Assembly: GCA_031372065.1 (NCBI GenBank)
Contig: JANMKN010000143.1
Span: forward strand, 1-34,746
Length of the DNA stretch: 34,746 nucleotides
From: Abditibacteriaceae bacterium
Lineage (GTDB): Bacteria > Armatimonadota > Abditibacteriia > Abditibacteriales > Abditibacteriaceae
Direction: 5' to 3'
The first letter of the stretch is position 1. Each line of letters starts with the position of its first letter. Positions 19,101 through 27,402 of the stretch are shown here, one piece after another. The notes under the pieces are model-generated. The model was not told the DNA's origin and ran no database searches. It saw only the letters and a program-made list of their open reading frames with translations. The position numbers and the translations under genes were made by a program.

Positions 19101-21666
19101 CTATCCCTTATTAATTAAGACGCTGGCAAGGCATATTGCAAATGATAAAGTGGCGGCTGGCGATTACGATGTGTGGCGTCAAAATCATCCTAATTTTGAT
19201 CCATTCTCTTTGGAAGAGCAATTAGAACAAGTCAAAACTCATGTTCTGCAATTTGCACTAGATGGGTTGGACGCGGAATGCCAAGCCGCGCTTTACATTG
19301 TTGCTACCTTCCGCATTCCGGCCAGCTATTTCGTTTTGCAAGCCCTGTTGCTCGGCAAAGAAAAATTGGTAAAAGACGAGATGGCATTAGACCGTGTGCT
19401 GACTGTTTTGGAAGATAGCGGTTTGTTGGCATGGGATCGTCGTGCCAATCGTTATGACTTGCATCCGGTGGTGCGTGGTATCACTTGGGCCAGAATGTCT
19501 CAGGAAACGCGCCGTCGCTGTCTTCATGTCTTGCATGGTCTCTTCAAAGAATTGCGTAACATTGAGGATTCCAAGATAAAAACGGTTGATGACCTTAGCC
19601 CTATCATTCAAGATTTCGATATATTGGTCAACCTCGGACAACTCAGCGAAGCAAGTCAGTTGTTCCGTGACCAACTGGACTATTACTTGCGCTATGTAGT
19701 AAACGGTTTCCAGCAAAGGAAAGAGCTACTGGAAGGCTTGCGGAATGCGTCATCAGAGCAGTTAGGTGATGACTTGCCAGATGAAGAAAAAGCTTTTGTC
19801 CTCATGGCATTGGGCGAATCATTGCACTTTTTGGGGCGTCCCAAGGAAGGTGCTGACGTTTTGCAAGATGCTATTGAGGCCGCAAAAAACTCCAGTAACG
19901 TGGATTTGCTTCTTGAATGTATGGCAAAGAAGTCGTCTGCTTTGTGTTCCGGTGGTCACTTATTGGATAGCGAGAAAACGGTTCTTGGTGCGATCCAAAT
20001 AGCACAAGATAAGAAGCTATCTTACGGCACGTTTGAGGTAGCTGAGGCTTTTCTACAGCTTGTGGGTAGCTTGTATTGTCGTGCGAAGTTAAATGAGCAT
20101 CCTGATGTGAGCACATATTCAGCGGAGCTGTTTCGTTACCATAATACAGAAGTAAATGCGCTTATAGTAGAAGAACTGGTGGCGGAGGCAAACAAAGACT
20201 TCGCTAAATGTCAAGAACTTTGCGAACGCCATCTCAGCCTCTTAAAAGCAGAACGACTGGGCTACGGAATCGTGCAAACGACAATCCTTTTAGGAAAAAC
20301 TCTTCGTAGGTTGCAAGACCCTGCTACCGAGGAGTTTCTTCGTCATGGTATTGAGTTAGCTCGCTCCGGCAATGTGATTTACCATTGTATAGATGGTCAA
20401 ATTGAACTGGCGCGTTTGCGATTAGAACAGGGCGATTTAGAAAGTGCTGCCGACTTGATTGACGCGACTTGGGATGAATTGGAAGGTTGCGAACTAACAC
20501 TTCGTGAAGTGGACTGCCTGAACGTGCGCGCCCAGATTGCAATGCAGCGAGGAGAAAACACAGCCGCTGTTTCCGACGCACAAAGAGCGTATCGTCTGGC
20601 GTGGTGCGATGGCCCTCCATTCGCTTATGCCGACGGTTTGGCCGAAGCCCGCGAAATTCTCGAATCACTTGACGCTGAGGTGCCGCAAGGCTTGAAAGTC
20701 AATACCGCTTCGGAGAGCGAGTTGCTCGGCGCAGACTTGACGGAACTCAAATTAGAAAAGCCACCGACGACAATTCTGCCTCCGGGCATCACGGACACGA
20801 AAGGTTGGACAGGAGAGCAGATTCAGCAAAAGCTGGTTGAGGTCAAAACTCAGTTAGATTGGGAGAATACCACAGGCTCGGCCCATAAATGGTGGGACGC
20901 CTTTGAAAACGAGAACAAGCCCCGAACCACGTTGGTTTTGCGTTTGGCGGAGGCACTGCAAATTCGCAAAGCGACGATCACGGAATTCTTTTTAGCGTAT
21001 GTTTACAGCAACACGGATAACATCCAAGCCAATCTGTGTTATCTGGATTACACGCGTCTCAAAAAAGAAGAAGAGAAAAAACGGCGCGAAGTCGCCGCAC
21101 GGGGCAGCGATGGACAAGGCGAGGATACGCCCAAAGAGCAGACGCAAGAGCAGGTTACAGAGGAAACTAACCTGCCTGTGGGCATTACGGACACGAAAGG
21201 TTGGAGCGAAGAGCAACTTCTTGACAAGTTGGCAGAGGTCAAAACTCAGTTAGATTGGGACAATACCACTGGTTCGGCGCGCAAATGGTGGGAGGCTTTT
21301 GAAAACGAGAACAAGCCCCGAACCACATTGGTTTTGCGTTTGGCGGAGGAACTGCAAATTCGCAAAGCGACGATCACGGAATTCTTTTTGGCGTATGTTT
21401 ACAGCAACACCGACAACATCCAAGCGAATCTGCATTATTTAGATTACACGCGACTCAAGAAAGAGGAAGAGCGCAAACGACGGGAAGCGGCGGCGAAAGC
21501 AGCGCCACCTCTGAGCGAGGAACGCGAAGCAAAAGAATCTGATGACGGCGAAATCCTCATGATTCAAGACGATGACGGTGAGGAAGATGACGACGATGAG
21601 GGTGATAACGACGATGAGGACAATAATGGGGAAAATAACAAAGTCAACGAAATCTCCAAGAATTGA
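16165..21666 (+). CDS. Giant multidomain STAND-like NTPase: TIR-like, HATPase_c_4 (RecG C-terminal-like), DUF4062, P-loop NTPase, wHTH, TPR, duplicated C-terminal domain, acidic tail
   Basis: TIR-like domain (IIFIGYSDD...GTWGELE); EALANALIHRNY...VITSPGNLP...NPIIAKIF...GSGV; ADVFIGLIAHQYGYVP...SLVEMEYELA; Walker A GGMGKS; Walker B LLVLDGVE; RYDLHPVVR; helical repeats. Start placed at ATG 16165 (ORF track gives TTG 16120). Confidence 0.8.
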   Translation: MPEQNNFSDAPSDALIIFIGYSDDALAEAQAIIALSVKVQEKLLARRLPNDDSFPFKSVKMWEWRADSTLYPGGQKGVDSALQRADIAVFVFKERVGDGTWGELERCCQREDNKIIPVLACFPAQQPPCLNEVAAAEDWVELLKKCQSLVDWQQAGSMALKPIEKYRDTEHLKEIILEQVEKSLTYVISAKTIVSQGMSIIPQPRSLIDNYDPQLSFDKQRASMYEIADLDQAFIERLLNTKASQPILLSRVGKSQIERTDWDRCLNILGCVSLGKPNVGALLCMAPIDLLANHFECCGLQRVIYSGTTRGQSSASLHLETGNLIELFEKGKVWLLTGAGLRHQGRVRTEERDDLEIPDEVLQEALANALIHRNYTDDDLRNEPVRLEVFSDRIVITSPGNLPPVVNVEDLNGDAENVTPKRPNPIIAKIFQFMTFVDLNGSGVSHMQNLMKAASLPKPEFVNNIEGEYVKVTLWRPKDWGDDDNGPKISSGQVGELYNALPSSRRPAQSGQPRRRNRRTMQRDGEPKTQLLLNTPTVTKTVAISSATQDWHGDTTKFRSAVIEACLRVGATPKFINNVDATDGEAIMQSCALIEQADVFIGLIAHQYGYVPKEDNPHGISLVEMEYELAVAKGIPIFIFLPDEDVPFRPKDMDVGEAEGKLNAFKTRLGQRHQCTEVSGAGDLRGKVVQTLSQPELRSTNTSLHFVAEIPPKPKDYVAHDYALLANNKLFGRQREMNLLTDWIVTSDSEVYKSHVLTVLAFGGMGKSALTWKWFNDVAPFEAPQWQGRIWWSFYESDSSFDNFVARTLAYVTGQPESAVRQLSSSQRADRLFSELNQNNYLLVLDGVERILNAYARLDASRMADSDLDEQTDHYVKNALLGEEMPATQRIGKNWLRMATDPTARLFFRKLAGLRKSRVLISSRLYPSDLQEGTGLPKPGTNALFLGGLTDADAVEMWRASRATGSRDKLLALFKTFRNYPLLIKTLARHIANDKVAAGDYDVWRQNHPNFDPFSLEEQLEQVKTHVLQFALDGLDAECQAALYIVATFRIPASYFVLQALLLGKEKLVKDEMALDRVLTVLEDSGLLAWDRRANRYDLHPVVRGITWARMSQETRRRCLHVLHGLFKELRNIEDSKIKTVDDLSPIIQDFDILVNLGQLSEASQLFRDQLDYYLRYVVNGFQQRKELLEGLRNASSEQLGDDLPDEEKAFVLMALGESLHFLGRPKEGADVLQDAIEAAKNSSNVDLLLECMAKKSSALCSGGHLLDSEKTVLGAIQIAQDKKLSYGTFEVAEAFLQLVGSLYCRAKLNEHPDVSTYSAELFRYHNTEVNALIVEELVAEANKDFAKCQELCERHLSLLKAERLGYGIVQTTILLGKTLRRLQDPATEEFLRHGIELARSGNVIYHCIDGQIELARLRLEQGDLESAADLIDATWDELEGCELTLREVDCLNVRAQIAMQRGENTAAVSDAQRAYRLAWCDGPPFAYADGLAEAREILESLDAEVPQGLKVNTASESELLGADLTELKLEKPPTTILPPGITDTKGWTGEQIQQKLVEVKTQLDWENTTGSAHKWWDAFENENKPRTTLVLRLAEALQIRKATITEFFLAYVYSNTDNIQANLCYLDYTRLKKEEEKKRREVAARGSDGQGEDTPKEQTQEQVTEETNLPVGITDTKGWSEEQLLDKLAEVKTQLDWDNTTGSARKWWEAFENENKPRTTLVLRLAEELQIRKATITEFFLAYVYSNTDNIQANLHYLDYTRLKKEEERKRREAAAKAAPPLSEEREAKESDDGEILMIQDDDGEEDDDDEGDNDDEDNNGENNKVNEISKN
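20776..21495 (+). repeat. Intragenic tandem duplication, 324-bp units (20776-21099 and 21172-21495)
   Basis: Two near-identical copies of LP.GITDTKGW...KWW.AFENENKPRTTLVLRLAE.LQIRKATITEFFLAYVYSNTDNIQANL.YLDYTRLKKEEE, period 396 bp. Confidence 0.97.
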
Positions 21667-21714
21667 ATCCACCAATCAGAACGCACATAAACGTGGCCGC
21701 AAAAACAGCACAAC

Positions 21715-21752
21715 AAAAGAATCCTCCGGTAAATCGCCGGAGGATTCTTTTT
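21715..21752 (+). terminator. Intrinsic (possibly bidirectional) terminator
   Basis: aaaagaatcctccgg-taaatcg-ccggaggattcttttt. Confidence 0.88.
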
Positions 21753-21818
21753 TGGCCCAGTTTGTCCAAACTAAACAAAGGCATCTAAGAAAACCTCGCG
21801 CTATACGTTTTTCTGATT

Positions 21819-21966
21819 TAAAATCTACTCGTCTTCCCGATTTGTCTTTCCCCTTCTCGTCATGCCTAAATGGGTTCGTTTCCTTTTGTTTGTGGCTCTC
21901 GCGTGGCTTGGTTTTGGCGCTGTGCTTTACGCGTGGGGCGCGATGCTGCGCCCGTCGCTGAGTAAA
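21819..21966 (+). repeat. Direct repeat copy 2 (right boundary of island)
   Basis: Upstream 43 nt plus the first 35 codons of the intact ABC gene; see copy 1. Confidence 0.95.
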
Positions 21967-24900
21967 ACGCCGCTGGTTTATGACCAAGAAAAGCTCAAAG
22001 AAATCAAAAAACTGCGCGATGTGAGTTTCGATGCCAAGCATCCGCCAGTGCTTCAGCGCGATGTCAATTACGACGAAGGCAAGGGCGCGGCGTGGTTTCC
22101 CAAAGGGCAGTCACCAATTTTGGGGGAGCTTGTCAAAGACAAAAAACTGCCGCCCGTTGCCGAGCGCGTCGGGCAGGAGCCGCTGGTTTTGGCGGGCGTG
22201 GAAGGCATCGGCAAATACGGTGGCACTTGGCTGCGCGTGGCGAATGCACCGGGCGATATTGGCGTGATTTCATGGCGCTTATCCGGCGCGTTTTTGGTGC
22301 GCTGGTCACCGATGGGCTATCCAATTCGCCCGCACGTCGCCAAAAGCTGGAGGGCTTCGCCGGATCGCCGCGAATGGACGTTTTTCCTGCGTCGCGGCAT
22401 GAAATGGTCGGATGGCAAGCCGTTTACTGCCGATGATTTCGTTTATTGGTGGCAAGGCGAAGTCAAACTCATCACTAAAGTCGTTCCCGATTGGATGATG
22501 GTTGAAGGTAAATCGGGCGAAATTAAAAAAGTTGATGACTACACCGTCAAATTTATTTTTCAAAAGCCAAACGGCGTTCTGCTCGAATCCTTAGCGCGCA
22601 ACCTTCCGGCAGCGCCGCAGCATTATCTGAAGAAATATCATCCCGATTGGGGCGATAAAAAAGCCATCGAAGCCGAAATGAAAGCGCGTGGTTTAGCCAC
22701 GCCGAACGCGCTTTATAAAGCCTTGCAGGATTTTCGCAATCCCGAATACCCGCGCTTATGGCCGTGGATTTATCGCACTTACAAAGCCCGCCCGCCCGAA
22801 GGCTTTGTGCGCAATCCGTATTTCTTCGCGGTTGACCCGCAAGGCAATCAACTGCCGTATGTTGACCGTATTTTGTTCGATGTCAAAAATCCGAAACTGA
22901 TTGCCATTTCCGCCGCGTCCGGCGACTTAACAATGCAGGCACGCCATCTCGGTTACGACAGCTACACACTGCTGATGGAAAACCGTGTGCGCAACAATTA
23001 TCAGGTCTATCACTGGTTTCCTGCCTCGCGCTCGGCTTTTACTTTGTGGCCCAATAACAACCGCCGCATTTTGCCAAACGACCCGATTTCGCGCCAGAAA
23101 GCCGCACTTTTAGGCAATAAAAAATTCCGTCAGGCGCTTTCGCTTTCGATTGACCGCTGGAAAGTCATCAAATCCATTTACAATGGCTACGGCGAACCGG
23201 CGCAAATTGATCCGGGCCGCGAATCGCAGTTTCACAGCGAAAAGCTGATGAAAAGTTACACCCAATTCGACCCCAAGCGTGCTGCGCAATTGTTCGACGA
23301 ACTGGGTTTAACCAAGCGCGACCTTGAAGGAATGCGCACCTTTCCCGATGGCGCGCGCATGACGTGGTATATAGATTTTACCGATTTTACCGGCGAAGGC
23401 CCGGTGCAATTTGTGGTTGACGACTGGGCCAAAGCCGGGATTCGTGCCATTCAACGCGAACGTTCGAGGCCACTTTTCACAACCGAAAAAGCCGCCTTGT
23501 TGCACGATTTTACAGTATGGACGGGCGAAAGCGAATTTAACCCGATGGTAGAGCCGCGTTCTTTCGTGGCGACTTACGCCGAATCGCATTTTGCGCCCGC
23601 GACGGGCGTGTGGTTTCAAAAAGGCGGGCTTTACGGCAACCCGAAGGCGCTGGAAGGTGGCATTCCAGCGGCCAAAAATAGCGCATTATTGCGCGGCCAG
23701 CAAATTCTCGAACGCGCCAAACAAGCGCCGACTTTGGCGCAGCAAGTGAAGATTTTCAATGAGGCTTTAGAGATTGCTGCCGACGAATTGTGGTCTATTT
23801 CCATCGCCACGCCGCCGCCGCAACTTTGCGTGGTGAAAAACGGCTTCCGCAACGTGCCGCGCAATGTGCTTTATGGCGCTTCCTACTCGACTCCGGCCAA
23901 TGGCGGCATAGAAACATTTTATTTTGAAAAGCCTTCCGATTCGCCCGGCGCCATCGCGCAAATCAAGCAGGAAATGATAACCGTCACGCCCGCGCCCGAT
24001 GCCGGAAACACCAATGTTTCCAACAGCGAGGCGCCCGTCGAAGCCAAAAGCAGCGGCTTGGGCGGCCTGATTAAATTTTTGCTTTACGGCATTTTCGCCG
24101 TTGGAATTTTGCTGGCGGCGGTGCGCCATCCGTATATCGGGCGGCGCGTGCTTATCATGATTCCGACGATGCTGATTATTTCTGTCGTGACGTTTGTGAT
24201 TATTCAACTGCCGCCGGGCGACTTTGTGCAAACGCGCATCATGGAATTGAAACTGACAGGCGATCAATCGGCGATTGAAGAAGTCACGCGCCTTTCCGAT
24301 ATGTTTTATTTGGACGAATCGTTTGGCCAACAATACGCGCGCTGGATGGGTTTCAAGTGGTTTTTGGGCTTCAACGAGGCTGATAAAGGCCTTTTGCAAG
24401 GCAACATGGGCCGCTCAATGGAAACGCAAAAATCGGTCAATGATATTGTCGGTGACCGTGTTTTGCTGACGGTTTTGGTGTCGCTTGGCACGATTTTATT
24501 TACATGGGCCATCGCTCTGCCGATTGGCATTTACTCGGCGGTAAAACAGTATTCGGCAGGCGACTATGTCCTCACGTTTTTGGGTTTTATCGGAATGTGC
24601 GTGCCAAATTTTTTGCTGGCGATTATTTTGATGTATTGGAGCGGCAAATATCTCGGCATCAACGTAACGGGCCTCTTTTCGCCCGAATACGCCGCCGCGC
24701 CGGAATGGACGCGCGATAAAATCGCCGACCTGTTAAAGCACGTTTGGGTGCCAATTATCGTTATCGCGCTTGCGGGCACAGCGGGCATGATTCGCGTCAT
24801 GCGCGGCAACTTGCTGGACGAATTGCGCAAACCGTATGTCACAACCGCGATGGCAAAAGGCGTCCGCCCGTTTCGCCTCTTAATGAAATATCCCGTCCGT

Positions 24901-25158
24901 TTGGCGCTCAACCCGTTTATCTCTGGTATCGGCGGCATTTTTCCGCAACTGATTTCCGGTGGCGCCATTGTAGCGATTGTTCTCAGCCTACCAATGGTCG
25001 GCCCTGTCATGCTGCAAGGCTTGATGACGCAGGACGTTTATTTGGCCGGCTCGATGTTGATGGTGCTAAGTCTGCTTGGCATTTTTGGCACCTTAGTGAG
25101 CGATTTATTGCTACTCTGGCTTGACCCGCGCATTCGCATGGAAGGAGGTTCACGCTGA
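21862..25158 (+). CDS. Fused ABC transporter substrate-binding protein (family 5) and DppB/OppB-type permease
   Basis: SBP_bac_5 motifs (LPPVAERV, GKYGGT, LRRGMKWSDGKPFTADD, GNQLPYVD) followed by a permease (RRVLIMIPT...QLPPGD, RVMRGNLLDELRKPYVTTAMAKG, LDPRIR). Confidence 0.9.
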   Translation: MPKWVRFLLFVALAWLGFGAVLYAWGAMLRPSLSKTPLVYDQEKLKEIKKLRDVSFDAKHPPVLQRDVNYDEGKGAAWFPKGQSPILGELVKDKKLPPVAERVGQEPLVLAGVEGIGKYGGTWLRVANAPGDIGVISWRLSGAFLVRWSPMGYPIRPHVAKSWRASPDRREWTFFLRRGMKWSDGKPFTADDFVYWWQGEVKLITKVVPDWMMVEGKSGEIKKVDDYTVKFIFQKPNGVLLESLARNLPAAPQHYLKKYHPDWGDKKAIEAEMKARGLATPNALYKALQDFRNPEYPRLWPWIYRTYKARPPEGFVRNPYFFAVDPQGNQLPYVDRILFDVKNPKLIAISAASGDLTMQARHLGYDSYTLLMENRVRNNYQVYHWFPASRSAFTLWPNNNRRILPNDPISRQKAALLGNKKFRQALSLSIDRWKVIKSIYNGYGEPAQIDPGRESQFHSEKLMKSYTQFDPKRAAQLFDELGLTKRDLEGMRTFPDGARMTWYIDFTDFTGEGPVQFVVDDWAKAGIRAIQRERSRPLFTTEKAALLHDFTVWTGESEFNPMVEPRSFVATYAESHFAPATGVWFQKGGLYGNPKALEGGIPAAKNSALLRGQQILERAKQAPTLAQQVKIFNEALEIAADELWSISIATPPPQLCVVKNGFRNVPRNVLYGASYSTPANGGIETFYFEKPSDSPGAIAQIKQEMITVTPAPDAGNTNVSNSEAPVEAKSSGLGGLIKFLLYGIFAVGILLAAVRHPYIGRRVLIMIPTMLIISVVTFVIIQLPPGDFVQTRIMELKLTGDQSAIEEVTRLSDMFYLDESFGQQYARWMGFKWFLGFNEADKGLLQGNMGRSMETQKSVNDIVGDRVLLTVLVSLGTILFTWAIALPIGIYSAVKQYSAGDYVLTFLGFIGMCVPNFLLAIILMYWSGKYLGINVTGLFSPEYAAAPEWTRDKIADLLKHVWVPIIVIALAGTAGMIRVMRGNLLDELRKPYVTTAMAKGVRPFRLLMKYPVRLALNPFISGIGGIFPQLISGGAIVAIVLSLPMVGPVMLQGLMTQDVYLAGSMLMVLSLLGIFGTLVSDLLLLWLDPRIRMEGGSR

Positions 25159-25175
25159 ACAATCCTTCTGAAGTA

Positions 25176-26339
25176 GTGACGGAAGAAGCTAACGTCGAAT
25201 TGCCGCATTCGCACGACCCGCATCCCGAAAATGCCGATAAAGTTCTGGCTGGAAAAGCCGATGTTGCTACGCTTTCGCAGTGGCAACTGATTGCTTTGCG
25301 CTTTGGTAAGCACCATTTGGCCGTGGCGTCGCTGTTTTTGCTGATGGTGCTGTATTCGCTGGCCTTGTTCGCCGAATTTTTCGCGCCTTATACGCGCGGA
25401 TGGAACAATGTCGAGATGATTTACGCGCCGCCGCAACTGCCAAAATTCAGTTTGCAACATGGTTTTTACGTCGAAAATGTCACGCGGCAAATTGACCCGA
25501 TCTCGCTGAAAAATTACTATCTCAAAACCGATGATATCGTGCCGCTTGGCTTTTTCGTGCGTGGCGAGCCGTATAAATTATGGGGGGTAATTGACGCTGA
25601 CCGGCATTTGTTCGGTGTGCGCGATGCAGCGCAAGAAAACTACACATTTTATTTTCTCGGCGCCGATAAATATGGCCGCGATGTGTGGAGCCGCCTCATT
25701 TATGGAGCGCGCATCAGTCTTTCGATTGGCATTGTTTCGATTATCGCCACCTTTTTATTGGGCGCGACGATTGGCGGCGTTTCTGGTTATGTTGGCGGCA
25801 CGTTGGACACTTTTATTCAGCGCGTGATTGAAGTGATGAATTCGTTTCCGCACTTGCCGCTTTGGTTGGCATTTGCCGCTGTTTTGCCAAGCGACTGGTC
25901 GCCGGTGCAAACCTACTTTGCCATTACGATTGTGCTGAGTTTGCTGGGCTGGACAGGTCTTGCGCGCGTGGTGCGCGGCAAAATCTTATCGCTTAGGGAA
26001 GAAGATTACGCAGTCGCGGCGCGCTTGCTTGGCGCCAGTCACAGCCGCATCATTTTCCGTCACTTGCTGCCCGGTTTTACCAGTCATATCATTGTGAGTT
26101 TGTCGCTCAGTGTGCCGGGCATGATTTTAGGCGAAACGGCGCTGAGTTTTTTAGGCCTCGGTTTGCGTCCGCCGGTCGTCAGTTGGGGCGTGATGCTGCA
26201 AGAGTGCCTGAACATTGACGTGGTGGCGAATTATCCGTGGCTTTTAATGCCCGTTGTGATGATTGTGCTAACCGTTTTGGCCTTCAACTTTTTCGGCGAT
26301 GGTATGCGCGACGCGGCTGATCCTTATGCTTCGCGCTGA
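25176..26339 (+). CDS. ABC transporter permease (DppC/OppC-type)
   Basis: LGADKYGRDVWSRLIYGARISL, ARVVRGKILSLREEDY, AFNFFGDGMRDAADP. Confidence 0.93.
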   Translation: MTEEANVELPHSHDPHPENADKVLAGKADVATLSQWQLIALRFGKHHLAVASLFLLMVLYSLALFAEFFAPYTRGWNNVEMIYAPPQLPKFSLQHGFYVENVTRQIDPISLKNYYLKTDDIVPLGFFVRGEPYKLWGVIDADRHLFGVRDAAQENYTFYFLGADKYGRDVWSRLIYGARISLSIGIVSIIATFLLGATIGGVSGYVGGTLDTFIQRVIEVMNSFPHLPLWLAFAAVLPSDWSPVQTYFAITIVLSLLGWTGLARVVRGKILSLREEDYAVAARLLGASHSRIIFRHLLPGFTSHIIVSLSLSVPGMILGETALSFLGLGLRPPVVSWGVMLQECLNIDVVANYPWLLMPVVMIVLTVLAFNFFGDGMRDAADPYASR

Positions 26340-26343
26340 AATT

Positions 26344-27402
26344 ATGAACGATATTGTTCTACGAATCGAAGATTTAAAGACTTACTTTTACGCCGAAGAA
26401 GGCGAACTGCCTGCTGTCAACGGCGTAACAGTAAATTTGCAACGCGGCAAAGTGCTGGCGCTTGTCGGCGAAAGCGGCTGCGGCAAAAGCGTCACGGCCT
26501 ATTCGATTCTGCGCCTTATTCGTCCGCCGGGCAAAATTGTCGGCGGCAAAATCCTGTTCTCGCCGCGAGATGGCGAAGCCCTTGACATCGCTGCCTTGAA
26601 CGAACAATCGGACGCGCTTTATCATGTGCGCGGCGGGCGCATTAGCATGATTTTTCAGGAGCCAATGACGGCGCTCAGTCCGGTTCACACCATCAATAAT
26701 CAAATCAGCGAAGCGATTTTATTGCATCAGGATGTGACGCCCAAGGAAGCGCGCCGCCGCACCATTGAGATGCTGAAAAAAGTCGGTATTCCCGGCGCTG
26801 AGCGGCGCATTGACCAGTATCCACACGAAATGAGCGGCGGAATGCGCCAGCGCGTGGTTATCGCGATGGCGCTGGTGTGTAATCCTGAAATTCTCATCGC
26901 CGATGAGCCGACAACCGCCTTGGATGTGACGATTCAAGCGCAGATTTTGAAGTTGATTAAAGACTTGCAAAAAGAGCGCGGCACCTCGGTGGTTTTCATC
27001 ACGCACGATTTGGGCGTCGTAGCGCAAATCGCCGATGATGTGGCCGTCATGTATTTGGGCCGCGTGGTTGAAAAAGCCAATGTGCGCGAAGTATTAAAAG
27101 CGCCGCTGCATCCTTATACGATGGGTCTTTTGCAATCGCTGCCCGGCGCGCAGCATAGCGGTAAGCGTCTGCCCGCGATTTCCGGCAGCGTGCCTTCGCT
27201 TTCCAAAATCCCGCCCGGTTGCCCGTTTCATCCGCGCTGCCCACACGCCGTTCCGAGCCTTTGCGATGTCGGCGAGCCACCGCCTTTGCGCACTTTTGAA
27301 AACAGCCGCCAAGCCGCGTGCTTGCGCATTGAAGAAATTCAGCAGAATAGTTGCGACAATTCGCGACAAAAACAAACGGAGGGTCATCATGGCCAAAATT
27401 GA
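26344..27402 (+). CDS. ABC transporter ATP-binding protein (DppD/OppD-type)
   Basis: GESGCGKS, MSGGMRQR, ADEPTTALDVTIQAQ, oligo_HPY C-terminus (HPYT...GCPFHPRC). Confidence 0.94.
   Translation: MNDIVLRIEDLKTYFYAEEGELPAVNGVTVNLQRGKVLALVGESGCGKSVTAYSILRLIRPPGKIVGGKILFSPRDGEALDIAALNEQSDALYHVRGGRISMIFQEPMTALSPVHTINNQISEAILLHQDVTPKEARRRTIEMLKKVGIPGAERRIDQYPHEMSGGMRQRVVIAMALVCNPEILIADEPTTALDVTIQAQILKLIKDLQKERGTSVVFITHDLGVVAQIADDVAVMYLGRVVEKANVREVLKAPLHPYTMGLLQSLPGAQHSGKRLPAISGSVPSLSKIPPGCPFHPRCPHAVPSLCDVGEPPPLRTFENSRQAACLRIEEIQQNSCDNSRQKQTEGHHGQN

Noticed and set aside
20776..21495. Possible DGR template/variable repeat pair or CRISPR-like repeat
   Set aside because: Both copies are in-frame coding, mismatches are not confined to adenines, no reverse transcriptase is present, and there is no repeat-spacer periodicity.
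21541..21640. GAT/GAC/GAG-rich low-complexity tract
   Set aside because: Explained by the Asp/Glu-rich protein tail. A nucleic-acid-mimic role is possible but unsupported.
27266..27388. N-terminal extension of the DUF262 ORF
   Set aside because: Lies inside the dppD-like gene; ATG 27389 has a strong GGAGGG RBS.
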